Shown piece after piece: positions 1-15,000 of a stretch of 64,000 nucleotides of DNA. Origin of the DNA: Tubulanus polymorphus (lineage: Eukaryota; Animalia; Nemertea). Location: NCBI RefSeq assembly GCF_964204645.1, contig NC_134032.1, forward strand, positions 7,862,275-7,926,274, given 5' to 3'. Position numbers and translations under genes: made by a program. The notes under the pieces are model-generated. The model ran no database searches, had not been told where the DNA came from, and worked only from the letters and a program-made list of their open reading frames with translations. The stretch's first letter is position 1. Every line of letters begins with the position of its first letter.

Positions 1-762
1 CATAACATGTTCTATGATTGTGATGAGTTTCAAGCCCATCGGTTTTTGTATATGGCCACCAGGGGGCGTTGAACAATACAATAACTTAGTATTTCTATAT
101 TATATTCGTATCTATGCATATTTTGCTACCACAATCATTTGGAAAGTTGTAGCTCATAACATGGTCTATGATTGTGATGAGTTTCAAGCTCATCGGTTTT
201 TGTACATGGCCATCAGTGGGCGTTGAACAATACAATAACTTAGTATTTCTATATTATATTTGTATCTATGCATATTTTGCTACCACAATCAATTGGAAAG
301 TTGTAGCTCATGACATGGTCTACGATTGTGGTAAGTTTCAAGGACATAAGTAATTCCATGAGGTCACTAGGGGGTGTTGAATAGTAGAATAACTTAGTAT
401 TTCCTTATCATATTGGTACCTAGGCATATTTTGTTACCATGATCGATTGCAAAGTTGTAGCTCATGACATGTTCTATGATGATGGTGAGTGTCAATGTCA
501 TTGGGCTTCGCATATGGTCACCAGGGGGCGTTGAATAGAAGAAAAACTTAGTATTTCCAAATCATATTGGTACCTAGGCATATTTCGTTACCACAATCAA
601 ATACAAATTTGTAGCTGTTGACATGTGCTATGATTGTGGTGAGTTTCAAGGTCATTAGATTTTTCAAGGTCATTGGATGGGGCATTGAATATTGAAATTG
701 TTTGATTTTTGAGCATCTGAAACCACTTCCCAAGTGGGCATGGTGTCCCTGGACCCCTAGTT
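1..762 (+). mobile_element. HINE/DINE-1-type (Helentron-associated) non-autonomous element with ~154-bp tandem core; left end outside window
   Basis: ~5 copies of a ~154-bp unit (atggccaccagggggcgttgaa...); end ccacttcccaagtgggcatggtgtccctggacccctagtt is identical to 8211-8250. Confidence 0.75.
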
Positions 763-1795
763 TGAAATCTTAGGTACTCTAAGGTGTATTCTGAAGGCTT
801 TCTGGCTATCTTTCTTTTCTGACATTTTCCATCATGAATACGGCAGAATCTAAATAATGTTATATACCGGTAATCTAAAAATTTGATTTAATGATCATCA
901 CCTCATAGCAATGTAATCATTGATGCTTCCAACCCACAGAAAACTTATCTATGCGATTAAAAAACCCAAGATCGACTCATCCGCGACTAATGTAACGTTT
1001 ATTTTTTCAAATCATTTGCATTTGAGGAATAACATCCCATGATGAAACATTGCAAAGAATCATTCTATGCACTAAGTTCCGTGCTATCATGATCTTTTGA
1101 CTGATAGATCCTGGGATAACATGCCTGTTTTTTAAAATTGTTTATCGACAAAACCACAGGATACCAACCACATAAAGTGTAAGACATATAAACATCACAT
1201 AACGCATGGAAAATATGAAGTAAAATCTTTCGAGGACAGGAAATTAAGCGGAACTCTTGCGAGTAGGTGCATTAGCACCCATCGCACCCCCCTAAATACG
1301 GCCCTGAAATTTCACTGTGCAGTTCAGTGTTCTTGATTATCTTGTTGGAGTGGGTTATGTGCCTGTTCGAGGATTTATTAAGACTTGTGCTAGTGAGCTG
1401 TGAGTACTGATAAAAATATTATTGTTTAATTCTTTCAATGAAAAAAGTGTTAATTCTTTGTTTTTTTAGTTGTAGTATTTTGATTTTATTGATAAAATAA
1501 AGCATCAGAAAGTTGGGGAAGTTGATTCACATTTATTGAGCATTCTGATTTCCAGTGTGAAATACTCTACACTAACAGTTTTCACTATTAGTAGATTAGG
1601 CCATATTGATTGATATTAAGGTGACTTAGCGTACTAACTCGCGGAGCCAATCCGTTTGTGGGTGTACTTGAGCTATTTGGTAGAACTAGGTCAAAATAAA
1701 GGCATTGAATAAATTTTTTTTTCCTCACAGTTATGAATTACGTTAGAAATTTCGGGTTCAGTATATTGAAAGGTACTATTGTATTTGATTGACAG

Positions 1796-1845
1796 GTGAA
1801 AGTGAAGATGAGGCGGATACTAGCAAAGAAAACGATGATACAAAG
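1796..1845 (+). CDS. MSH6: MSH6 exon (acidic N-terminal region)
   Basis: gacag|GTGAA...CAAAG|gtta; [16 protein letters not shown]; phase fits next exon. Confidence 0.7.
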
Positions 1846-4800
1846 GTTAGAAAAAATCTATTTGGAAAATATCCTCGGAAGTTTCATTTGAAAATAAAGA
1901 TTTCGCTTGGAATATATCTCAGAAGTGACCTTGACATTTTTTCTAGGTTAATACTCCATCGAAAGATTCGGGCAGACGAAGGTCGTCGAGGACGAAGCCG
2001 CCTAAAAAGCGACGTCGGATTCTAGTCGCGGATGACAATGCAGATGATTCAGGTAATGGATAGGTCCCATCCTGTGTTGTAACAAGTTTGATGCTAAATT
2101 TGCTTTTAAACTAGACCAGTTATAACTGGACCAGCTTTCAAGCCGTCCTCCCTCGGCAGAGATTCAAAACTGTTGACACTGAAAGACTTTAGAATCACTT
2201 CCAAGGAAGGATGGTTTTAAACTATACTCAAAACAGTTTTAAGTAGACTCTGGTATAAGCTATGTTGTAATGATTTGTGTCTATTTCTCTTGTCAGACGG
2301 AGATGAATTCAAACCGGATTCCGATGAGGATGATGACGAAGATTTGAGCAGCGGTGTAGATGAGAATGAAGTGTCTGAAATTGAGTCTGAGAATTCTGAG
2401 CCGGAAACACCCGTCAAAGAGGTGAGAATTTGCAAATAAGATTTTTTGCGGATTGCCAAGGGTAAATTTTAATATTTTATTCATGTTCTTTTTCTTTGAA
2501 GAAGAAACGTAAAAGGGAAACTAAACCAACGTCGAAATCATCTGCGAAAAAAGGTCGGCAAATTCTGAAGATAAATGATAATGGCGACAATGATGACAGT
2601 GGCGATGGTGAAGATAATGGTGAGGATGAATCTCTGGAGATGAAGAGGAAAACCGCTGTTACTCCGGTTCCAAAAAGTTTCTCGCCGTTGGTTACGAAAT
2701 ACACTAAAAGTAAACTGGCATCATTCGCAGCAGCAGAAAATGTACGTATGCCAGCAGGAGCAATTAAAATCTCTGGTCTACAATTCTGTGGTTGAGGCCA
2801 GCTCCCCAATGGACCCGTCAGTCTCCAATTCTAAGTTTTGTAATGATTATTAGACAGTTTTCAATAGAGCTCTTGCGACCTAGCTGTAGGGACTCCAGAG
2901 TCAAAACCTTTCTCAGAAACTACGAAGTTCAGTTCCACTGTTGGCTATTGAGTTCTCTATTCAGCAGTTAACTCAGAAGACCCTTTTTAGACTGTTGACC
3001 TGCATCAATATAGGTACATTTTCAATTGAATCTAGCATAACTTAGATTGTCCGAAGTCAAAACTTTTCCATTGCTTGTAGAATATCTTGAATCTCAACTT
3101 CTCACTCGAGCCTAGAGGTGAATGTATCCAATTTTTAATAGTTCAGTTCCACAGTAGAATTCATAGTCAAAATAAGATTTAGATTAGAGGAACCCTAGTA
3201 GTGATAGTAAATCCGGTTCCAGGCTCCAGTCACAATTGCTCTAAATTGAGTCAAATAAGTTCATTTGAAACAAAGAATTCAAACAGTTGAGTTTTGTTTC
3301 GAATCCCAACTGGCTCGTGTTAGTCACATGTAATCTATTTACAATAATTTCATATTTAGGTTGGTAAATCTAGTGAGCCAACTGAAGGGGTAGTGTATAC
3401 TCATCTCACTTACGAATTCTTAAAGCCAGATAAAATCAAGTAAGTTTCCTCGGATGCTGATGTCTGATACGATTGAAGTAGTTGCAGTACACTTGCAAAG
3501 TGATAGAACCAATTTCTTATATTTGTTTAATATTTTAGGGATAAACATGGTCGACCATTGAACCATCCTGATTACGATCCAAGAACTTTAAACGTTCCTG
3601 AGAACGTGATGAAAACATTAACTCCGGTGAGTTTCATGATGTAAATGGGTGGATATATACGGCGTAGCATGGTTTCTAGGGACAATTTGATGATGCCATA
3701 GAGGGATTAATGTAGGCAGCCACCTCTCAAAGGTGTATACTGCATAATTAGTTCTTTGATGCCGCATAGTGGATTTGTGCGTCCATCTTTACTGGAGAAA
3801 TTTAAATTCAACCTTGTTTTTTATTTTCAGGCTATGCGTCAATGGTGGGAGATTAAAAAAGACCATTTCGACACAATTCTGTTCTTCAAGGTGACATGAA
3901 AAGAGAGCCATTTCGAAATATTCTGACCATTATTTTGAAGTCTGTCTTCAGTTCGGGGGTGAAATTATACAGAAAGATTTTTCTTTTCAGGTCGGCAAAT
4001 TTTATGAGTTGTATCATATGGATGCTGTCACTGCGGTCAATGAACTGGGAATCATTTATATGAAGGTGTGATATTCGGGCCGGATTTGTGGTCCCGTGTG
4101 TGGGCCTGTTTTGATTTTATTAAACCTTAAAATTCCAATGATTTAACTCTCAGTAGTTGAAATTTTTAATGATGATTGTGGAACTGGGTTCAGTAGAGTT
4201 ATCTGGGCCCAGTAATACAGTCATTTTCAAACGTGGTCTTGGCCCTGTACACTGGTCATAAGTTGTTAGGCCTGCTATAAAACAAATGTGGTTTTAGACT
4301 GGTTTTGAAATATGCAAATATGCTATGCAAATAGCCTCTGAGCTAAGTTCCAGAGTCAAAATTTTCTAATGGAACTACGTAAATCCTAATGATTTACGTT
4401 GAGGGGACTGTTAAAGATTAGAATACCTATTCATTTTTGGCCAGCCGTAGGCTAAGCCTATTTATTACTATACGAATGGAGCGAATTTGAATCACATGGT
4501 TTCTATAGCTAAGACCCTTTGACTGCAAATGAGCATATATTCATACAAATCATTCATTAAAGCATTATCCATTCTCCAAATCCTAGGGAGCTGAATTCTG
4601 AAAAAGGGCCTTGTTAAAATTTATGTGAGATTTTTTGAGAAAATCTGAACGCAGAAATATCTGTTTTGAAAAGCCAATCAAAAAAGCAAAGACTCCTCTC
4701 TGATTCACTTAGCCGCAGAAATCAGCAGGTGTTCACTTGAACTGGCAGTATCGTCTACTGTTAAACTTCCGGGTTTTGTTTTTAGATTTAAAACTGTATT

Positions 4801-6025
4801 TCAAGATTGATTTCTGTGAAATTTTGAGTTGATTTGGTTTTTGGGAGAAGTTTATTTGCACTACAGAAAATATCATTGACAATTATGCAAAGTCCGGTAA
4901 AAATAGCTTTTTTCTCAAATCGCATGGATAACCTTCATATGCTAACTAGCCGTGCTCAAACTGTGAATTCATTCAAATTTAATTCTGCAAAAAATATCAA
5001 ATTAAATCTAATTCAATTTTACTTTATTAAACAATAAAACATCAAATCCAATTCAATTTTGTTTTATTGAGTAAATTTGAGAAAATCCAATTCAATTCTA
5101 TTCCGCATTCAAATCAATAGGGAAAAGATTGATCTGAGGTATTTGTTCCTGCCAGCGCCAGTCGCTGTCTTTGCTACTTATGAAAGCATGATTATGCTGT
5201 GTAAATTATAGGTTTTGACTCTTGAGTTCGGTGTCTATTTTGACAAATATAACCCACAGAATGCATCATTTGCCATTTAATGAAAAGCTGAAAGGCTGGC
5301 TATAGTGCCCCTTGAGGCTCTTGTGGGAATCCAGTTCTGTGGATCTAAGTTAGAATTAGAATGGCTAGGCAATTTTAAGCAACAACTATAGTGGTAGGTC
5401 TTGAAAGCTATCTAATTTCGGCCCTCACAGAAAAATGTTTTCTTGCACAACCCTATCCCTAGATGATGTTTGACTTTGACTGTGGAATCAAATTTTAACT
5501 CGCCACTACTTACCTTAACTTTTTTTATGCATTGTTATTTAAAGGGTAACCACGCTCATTGTGGATTCCCCGAGATCGGTTACGCTCGCTACGCTGAGAC
5601 GTTAGTTCAGAAAGGTTATAAGGTCGCCCGTATCGAGCAGACAGAAACGCCGGCCATGATGGAAGAACGTTGCAAAAAAAGTGAGTGGTTTTAAAGTTTA
5701 GGATTTTTAGCACACTTCGGTCTCTGGTGTTCACTTTTTGTGTGTTTATACATTCCCTTCTAGAAGGAATCAAGTAAGATTTTCAATTCGTACATCTGCA
5801 GCCCAAAATTGGTTCAATCAAATAGATATAGGTTCTGGTATCAGTGGCTTTCAGTTGGATTTGCATGATCCCAGATAACTTGATTGCCGATTGCCTCGGC
5901 CTTCGTTTGGTTAATTTTCTCCATGGATTCGTGATGTCGCATGGATATCTTCATGAGGTCTTAATCAGACACCTTCAGTGAAGGAATCACAGGAGAAAAT
6001 TAAACATTTAATCATCAACATATTT

Positions 6026-6086
<61 letters not shown>

Positions 6087-9000
6087 TGTACTGAGAACAA
6101 TAAATATGTTGATTAAATGTGAAATACTAAACCATCACATTTGAAGATTATTTTAATACGACCATTTCAAATCCCTATTATGTACATGATGATATACCAT
6201 ACAATATACTTGATAATATACATGATAATATCCCCTATAATACAGTGGACACTTGGGTTCATACAGCTGGTGATCGCTCCCTTATCATATGTGAATAAAT
6301 TGTCGTGAGACGTAGCATAAGTGTGCAGAGCGAATGTAGGTAAAAATGTCCCGGGGAACAATCGTCCCCGGAAAAATGTCCCATAGGTAGAAGAAATTGT
6401 CCCAGTCTATCATTACTAATTTAGTAAATTTCACATCAAAATGACACCAGAGAACAAACTTGGTAACTATGTAAATTGCACACTCACCACAAAAAAAGAA
6501 TGGTTGAGCATCACTAGTGGGCCCCGATGTCGTAGCGTTGATCTCGTCCGGAGATGATTCCATCTTGCGGATGATTTCGTCCATATCTTCCGTAGTCAAA
6601 ATACTCGAGTGCCACATAATGTAGAGGTCTAGTAGAGTATGGGGATATGTATTTCCGTACCCTCTTTTTATACTCTGTATGTGCTCCCAGTGGGAACCAA
6701 TGAACGAGCTTGTTGATCGCCTGGCTGATTAGCCGGTGTCGGGCGCTGATTGGCTGACTAAGTATTGAGTCTCTCGACTTCGTACTGAGCACATCCGGAG
6801 TTTGTGTTAAACAACACTGGTGTGTATTGTGAGCGTATGTTGAACACAGTCACACTTCTTTGTCTAACATGAGCCAATCTTGCCCCTGCAACCCGGTCGA
6901 TTCCAGGAATAGCTTAACCCTTTAACTGGCAATCGGTCGCTAGCGACCGATTTGAATAGACCAGCTATAGTGAATAGAATAGTCAAGTATTGATTTCTGT
7001 GAAGCATTCTAACTAATTTTCCTGTCAGCAGATGGCGACACCAGACGGCCTACAATGTCTAACAAGGTTGGAAAGTGATATATCATACATTTGGCATGTA
7101 GAAGGGGGTATGTATGTCTGATTTCCAAAATTGAGAATATCGTTAGTAGTAATTTAGCGAGTTTGGCTGATATTTTGGACATAGTAATGAAAGATTCTGA
7201 TGATAATTCATATTGGGATGAATTTCATGACAGTTTTTTATTATGGGTGGCCCAAAAATCTGAATGACCTTGGGATCAGACCCTGAAGGTAACCCCCAAA
7301 GTTCGCAAACATGGTATCATTTGAAAGCTTATGAAAAGCGCTTTCATATTAAACATACAATATGGGGTTATCCCTCATATCTACTGAGTTATTAAGTTTT
7401 CCCCTTGCAAGGTCCAAAATCTCTCATAGGCCGAAAAATACTTGCCAGTTAAAGGGTTAATGGAAGATCCGCGTGTCAATATGTCAGCCACGTTAGTTTT
7501 CGTCTCCAGACTTTTATCCAAAGAATTCCTCCGAGACCTTGTCATATTTTGGATTAAACTTCACAGAGTTGGTGGTATGAGTGTGCAGTAGTGATTAGGT
7601 TGAACCGAGATTTGCTTTTTAGCCCACTTTGGACTTTAGTCCCAGCGGGCTATTGCGTTCACTTTTCGTCCGTCCGTCCGTAGTATTTTTGTATATGGCC
7701 ACCAGGGGGCGTTGAATAATACAATTACTTAGTATTTCTATATTATATTTGTAGCTATGCGTATTTTGTTACCACAATCAATTGCAAAGTTGTAGCTCAT
7801 GACATCATCTATGATTGTGGTGAGTTTTAAGGACATAGGCTATTCTATATGGTCACCAGGGGGCGTTGATTAGTAGAATAACTTAGTATTTCCTTATTAG
7901 ATTGGTACCAAGGCACATTTTGTTACCATGATCAATTGCAAAGTAGTAGTTCATGACATGTTCTATGATTGTGGTGAGTTTCAACGTCATTGGGTTTGCA
8001 TATGGTCACCAGGGAGCGTTGAATAGTAGAATAACTTAGCATTTCCATATTAAATTAGTAACGAGGCATATTTTGTTATCACAATCAATAACAAAATCGT
8101 AGCTGCTGACATGTTCTATGATTTTCGTGAGTTTCAAGGTCATTGGTTTTTGTATATGGTCACCAGGGGGCGTTGAAAATTGAAATTGTTAGATTGTTGA
8201 GCATTTGAAACCACTTCCCAAGTGGGCATGGTGTCCCTGGACCCCTAGTTTCTGAGTGAATAGAATAGTATTCCTTGCTATTGGAGAGGCCCTGGATTTG
8301 TGTTTGCCTCTTGCATCATAGTTCTAGTTTGTCCAGCGTTACTAATAATCATGTTAGTTTGTGATTTTGCGACTCGAAATTGCATCGATACCAGCCATTA
8401 ACAGATTTCTTAACCTCTCTGTTCTTCAGTTGGAAAACCGACGAAGTTTGACCGCGTTGTGAAACGAGAAGTTTGTCGAGTAACATCGAAGGGAACGAAA
8501 ACGTTCAGTTTCATCGATGGTGACCCAGCGGACGGAAACAACAACTTCCTCTTGGCAATTGCTGAAAAGGTATGTGAATTTATCTATTTCACGACCCGAT
8601 TCTGCTACAGACCATTTCAGAAAAGATGGCTTCATAAATCCTACTATGACATCATCAGTCTTTCCACTATAGACAGTTCAAGGCGAGATGGGCGCCCTCG
8701 GTCATCCCCCTTTGATATCATCAAATTACTCCTATGTATAATTCCAGACAAGGTGGCCATCTACTTAAATTTCCCATTGGCATCATCAACAGAGATGCTA
8801 GTTTTCCGGAAATATCCGGAATTCCGGAAATTTAGGATCGCCGATGTCAATTCTGGAAATTGGGTGAGAATTCCTCGCGGCGACCAGTAATGGCACGGAC
8901 CGTAAAAGCGTTCGTTTGCTTGTACTCGTCGTCGCTTCTGTGTTATTTTATCTTGGTCTCTGTTTCCGAGGACGTTCTTGCTACAATGTATATATGTGTG

Positions 9001-12000
9001 CTTGTTGTGGTATCTGTGCGTGCGTAGGCGGAGCGCCACTGTTGTGACGCCATTTCCAATTAAAAGTCAATTATCTTTACGCGCCGTTGTACATCGTCCC
9101 GCTGACGGCCAACAATGTGAAGATGCACGTGGTACTAATTAAGATGATATCTAATAAATATCATCTTAATTATTACCACGTGCGTGCTATGTCCGGAGGC
9201 ACGCAGCTTTGAAACTTTCTTTTTGCCTGCAGCTGTCAAGCGGGACGGTCTGCAAAATGAGCCCGCACGGAAATATTGTCAGTCGGGAGTCGGCCGATAT
9301 AAAGGCAATTGACAGCGGTATAAAAAATAAATTTAACTGGCACTGGCTAGAGTGTAAGGACTGGGACTACTTATCGAACTACATTCGTAAGTTAGACTTA
9401 GCTGGCGTGGCGTACTGCGTCGTTTGTAAAGACCAGGTCAAATACGGAAGTGGCGGGAAAAAAGATATTCTTCGTCACCCGGATAGCGCGCGGCATAAGC
9501 AGCGAGGGATGTGAAGCACAACGAATGCCTGCCGTCGTATTTTCAGATACCCAGATCGCTCTAGAACGCATTTCCGGCGATGCAAAAACGCAAAAAAAAC
9601 CCCGTTCTAAATTCCGGAATTTTGGTACTTTGGCCCTAGCATCTCTGCATCAATATATGAGTACATATCAGTATTCAGCATTATAGTCAGATAAACGTTA
9701 GCGCAAGGAAATATTCCAGACATTTTATTTATTCTTATCGTTGGATTTTGTATTATCTTCACAACTAGGACAGTGTTTCATCAATGGTCATGTGGAATGT
9801 TTTCATTGATTAATTTACATTTCTTATTTTAAGGTTCATGATGACAGTGCCGGTGGAGGCAGCTCATATGGGATCTGTTTTCTGGATACGTCTATCGGAA
9901 AATTTCATGTAAGATTTCAGCAAATGCATAACCCAGATGGTCCGATAGTCTGACAAGTTGCCGTCTTGATTTTCTAGAATTGAGTTTTACTTTAACTAAA
10001 TTCAATTGATTCATTCATGATATTTAGATTGGGCAGTTTGACGATGACCGACATTGCTCCAGATTACGGACATTGGTTTCTCATTATCCGCCTGTTGAGG
10101 TTCGTATGTACAACTGCTGAAACAGAACGTTCAGTGGCTTCTATTTTTTAAATCTCTATTTGAAATCATATCAAATTAGCCCTATTACTTTATTCCCCTA
10201 TAGTCATTTATGTAAAAAAAAAGTTTTCTCATGAAATAGCCACAGTAGACAAATTGCTATGCCCATATTTCCCCCCATGATATCAGGATATTACCCCCTA
10301 AATGCACTGCTTTAATAAAACGAAGTTGCCACCATTGATCGCACTGTGGCATCATCAGATAATGGCAATATCTCTTGTCATTCGGGGATTTAATGCAAGT
10401 GGGCATTGTTGGTCTGTTTTGCGGCGATTTCATCATTTGTCATTCGATATTTCCTTCTTGAAGGTTTTATATGAAAAGGGAAAAATCTCTGATAAAACTC
10501 AACAGTTCATCAACACGAATTTATCACACACGCTCCGTCAACCACTGACATCTTGGAAAGAATTCTGGGATGCGCCGCGAACGCTGAAACAGCTTGCTGA
10601 AAATGAGTACTTCGTCTCGTCGCAGAAAGATGGTGCCACTGCTGTATGGCCGGCTGAATTGAAAATGATGGTTTCCGATTGCGATAGTTTGAATCGAACT
10701 GCAGTCGAAGGTTATGAACTAGCTCTTAGTTCATTGGGAGCCGTCACGTGGTAAGTCCACCCCCTGTCCTGGGGGTTTTAGCGATCAGTTCATTTAAGGA
10801 TTTAGATTCAATTGTTGGCATAACTTAGGTCCATTAGGTGCGATTTGACTATTGAGGCAAATCTCGTTTCTTGTAAGATAAATACATACATTATGAATTT
10901 ACACATTTTGCACTTAATATCAAGGGTTACAAGCAACCCTCACACTCCCTGTTGATCTTTGGCAGAGTTTTCATGAAAAAATCTGCATCCATTGCCATGG
11001 TTTGAGGTTGAAGTAACTTGAGCATTAGAAACTAGACTTATGATAAATTCAGGTGTTAACCCAAATTTGTGGAAACGGATTTCGATATTAGATATCTATT
11101 GCAAATCCATTCCATTCCAAATTTCATCCGAAGTCCATCTGCAGAGAAACCTTAAAAAACCTCAGACCTTGATGTTTCCTCAGGAATTCTTTTATGAAAT
11201 AATATATTTGATATTTATGACAGAGTTCCAGAGTTGCATCTGGGATAAATGATTATATAGTTCATTTCCAACATTTTAAATCTCGAATCAAATTTTAACC
11301 AAAAACAATAAAACTAGATTCAGCCCACCTTCTTAAAAGGGCCCATCTGCTGTCTGCTTCAGGTATTTATCGCAGAGTTTTCTAGATGACGAAATTCTCT
11401 CGATGAAAAACTTCCAACAATACACACCCATCGATCTCAGCAGCCGTGACGATAACGCGGATAAAACGATGACGCCACAATTAAAATTTTCCGGAGCGCG
11501 GCAACTCGTATTGGATAGTGTAACTCTGGCAAATTTAGAGATATTTCAGAATAGCGGCAACGGATCGGCGGAAGGCACATTGTTACAACGATTGGATGAA
11601 TGTTCGACGCCCTTCGGTAAATTTAAGTTTAGAATGTCGAATTCCTGTTCATAGCTCAATCTCTCAGCTCAGAAAATGTCATTTGCGAAAAAATCTTAAA
11701 CAGCATTCGTATAGGGTCAGCCACCAGTCAAGTCTATTGGATGTCAGGCAAACAAAATAACACCTAGGAAGTATCAATGCATTCCAAACCCTAATGGTGA
11801 TGGGTGTCAGGATGAATAATATATACGACCAATCCATAAGAGAATGGCCACATTGGACACAAAACATATGCCTAAAACTGACTGTCGATGGGTTAATCCA
11901 CTTATGGTGTCAACTATCTTGAAGGTTGTTGAGTCTGAATGTCATTTGAAGCTTAACCCATACTCCCAAGTTGCCTAAGTAAGTGGGTTTTAGGATACAT

Positions 12001-15000
12001 GTATGTACATTGAAAGTGTGTCGTTTGTAGGTAAACGTTTGTTTAAACAGTGGTTGTGTTCACCGCTGTGTGACCCGGCCTCGGTTAACGATCGATTGGA
12101 TGCTGTAGATGATTTAATCGACTGTCAGGATGTTGTCGCCGAGGTTAAGCTGATGATGCAGAAATTACCGGATTTAGAACGGTTACTGAGCAAGTAAGTA
12201 AAAACGTGATACTTCAGATGGCTGCCTCAGTAAATACCCCTGGCTCCGAATTTAAGGAGTCTATGAAATAGATATTTTCATTACTGAAATTGTCGACTAA
12301 TCAATCATCACCGAGCGTGAAGGTCATGTGACACAACTTGTCGCTGATTGGCTACAACATTCTGATCAGGTCATAGAAAGTAGAACTTGTTGTATCCTTG
12401 CGATTAAGATACTCCTTCCGATCCCACAATCTGATCAGGTTGTAAGTTGACCCGAGCCTTGCTTAAATTGAAAAGTTTTGTTGTACCCATTAATTTAATA
12501 AAGTAGGCTATTGAAAATCAAATCTTAAAATTGCCAGGAGAAATGAAACTCAAAATTTCTATACGATTCCAGGATTCATTCGATGGGTTCGGCGAATCGT
12601 AGCGAATCGCACCCGGACGGACGAGCGATATTTTTCGAAGACGTCACGTACAGCAAGAGAAAAATCGAAGATTTCATCTCGACACTGTCGGGATTCAAAG
12701 TCGTGCTGGCGATTGTGAAGAAATTTGGTTCAGCGAAAAATCAGTTCAAATCACGTCTGTTGCGTCAGTGCTTGACGACTGTCGCTGATGACAACCAAGA
12801 AGAAAAAGTTAGATTCCCGGACGTGCAAGAATCTCTGGATTTTTTCGACGTAAGACTTTTTTCCATTGACTGACAACAGTTGTTAGCAAAAATTTATATT
12901 CCAGTTTACATTCAGTTTCAATTAAAGTGAGTAATCATTTGAATGAATTGAATATAAAAAGTATTGAATCGACTTTACCCCACCAACCGCAAAATCAGAG
13001 GCATCTATATTGATTTAACCATGTTTTAAGCAATCAGACAGGCTTCGATTGGCCTCATTTCTGAAATTCTCTTCCGGTGCATTGAAGAAACTCAATAAAA
13101 GGTCAACTAACGGTCGTTAGAGAGTTTGTGGTCCGGAATTGTTATTCCTAAACGGGAATACGTTCCATCAAAACCTGTCTGAAAGAATTTGTGATTCATC
13201 ACGTAGTCTTGTATTCAAGAGGAATGGCTCCAAGGATATACAGATCTTTGTGTTTAGGAGCGCCTTTCAGTGGATTTGGTTGCCTCATCGCCTCTCTTCA
13301 CCCAGGAGTAAATAGGTACCTGATAGATAACACCTGAGCACTTGAACCCAGGGATAGATGAATGTTAAATGGTTAGAGTAATAAGCTGGGAATAATGATA
13401 CTAATTTAATGGAAAGCGCAGTTGAATATTGTATCGCTGTGAAAAGGGCGCTATATTGTTAACGGTTTCGGGATTGGCTAAACATTTCTATCGTATTTCT
13501 TGTTTCAATCAGTGAATTATTTCCTAATTTCATAGAAATCTTTCGATCATGAGAAAGCTCGTAAAGAGGGTGTAATCATACCGGCGAAAGGAGTCGACAC
13601 AGATTATGATGAAGCGATGGTCGGGATAAAAACGATCAACAGAGATTTGGAAGAATATCTCAGCAAACAGAAGAAACGTTTTGGCTGTCCGGTGAGTAGA
13701 GGTTGAGATATCTAATAGGGGTAGATATTATGTCAATGGTTCATTTCTATCCAATATGAATGACACAAGCCTCAACTGACGATATGTCCTTGAATTCTCT
13801 AAATGTGATATCATTTGTCTACTTGCCTGCCCAAGTGTGAAAATTTCAGCCCCTGTGAGTCCATGGTATGAAGCTGTTATGCTATTGTTTTAAACTTATG
13901 GATGGTGTGAAGGGAGCTTTTGCCCAATCATTGTGAAGTTTTTTATACGAGGGGAGAAATCGTTTGGTGGAATTTTAGAAGTCTTTGCTTTTGCAGACGA
14001 TCAGTTACTGGGGAACTGGCAAGAATCGGTTCCAAATGGAAATTCCCGACGCCGTTGCGAAGAAAGTTCCGCACGAATTCGAATTGACGTCACAACGGAA
14101 AGGGTTCAAGCGCTATCAAACGACAGAAGTGAAAGACATGTACGAGAGAATGGTCGTGGCGGAGGAGCGAAAATCAGTCGCGCTTCGAGACATCATGAGA
14201 CGTATATTCTATAATTTCGATAGCAGGTACGAAACCTGGTGAAAAGATATAGCTGTCTTCATAAATCTTGCTAAGACGTCATCAACTTACCCCTATAGGT
14301 CCATCACAAGAAGGTGGCAACCTCCATACGAGTAAATTCCATTATACCATGAAGTTGTCGTCAGACACTATTTCCAGAAAAGATTGCCTTCATTTATCTC
14401 CTGTAACATCATCAAACTACATGTAACCCTACAAATGCTTTGAGAAAACATGGCTACCATGATATATCTCTCCAAGATATAATCAGGGTGGCCTCTGAAA
14501 TTCAGAGGAAACTAAGGGAGACTTGTTGAGATTGCTAGAATGCATGTAAAATCAAATAGTTTCCCCATGTGTCTTAAGTGACTTAGTGGATTGATTGGAT
14601 CCAGCAGATTAAGTCAGGGAATAGTCAGGGAACCTGATAATGGAATTGTTACTATCGACTATATCTTCAGAAAATGTGGCCTAAATAAGTCCTATGTCAT
14701 TAATTGTTTGGTTTTAATTGCATTGACTATAGTTTTGCACATGTTTTTAGCTATGGTGATTGGGAGTCTGCTGTACAATGTATGTCTATACTGGACGTAT
14801 TGATCAATATGGCCGCTTACAGCCGCTGCGGAGATGGTACAATGGTCCGACCAGAGATTGTATTGACTGATCAGCAAACACGGGTAGGTTCCTTACTCGT
14901 AATACAATCCACAGGTTTTACCTTCAAGACGTTGATGGAAAAAGGCCCTGAACCCAGTGCTGTGCTTGAGATGATATTTGACTACAATTATTAGTCCATG

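Noticed and set aside
14-733. Short ORFs at the window start
   Set aside because: Translations of the 154-bp tandem core within an MSH6 intron.
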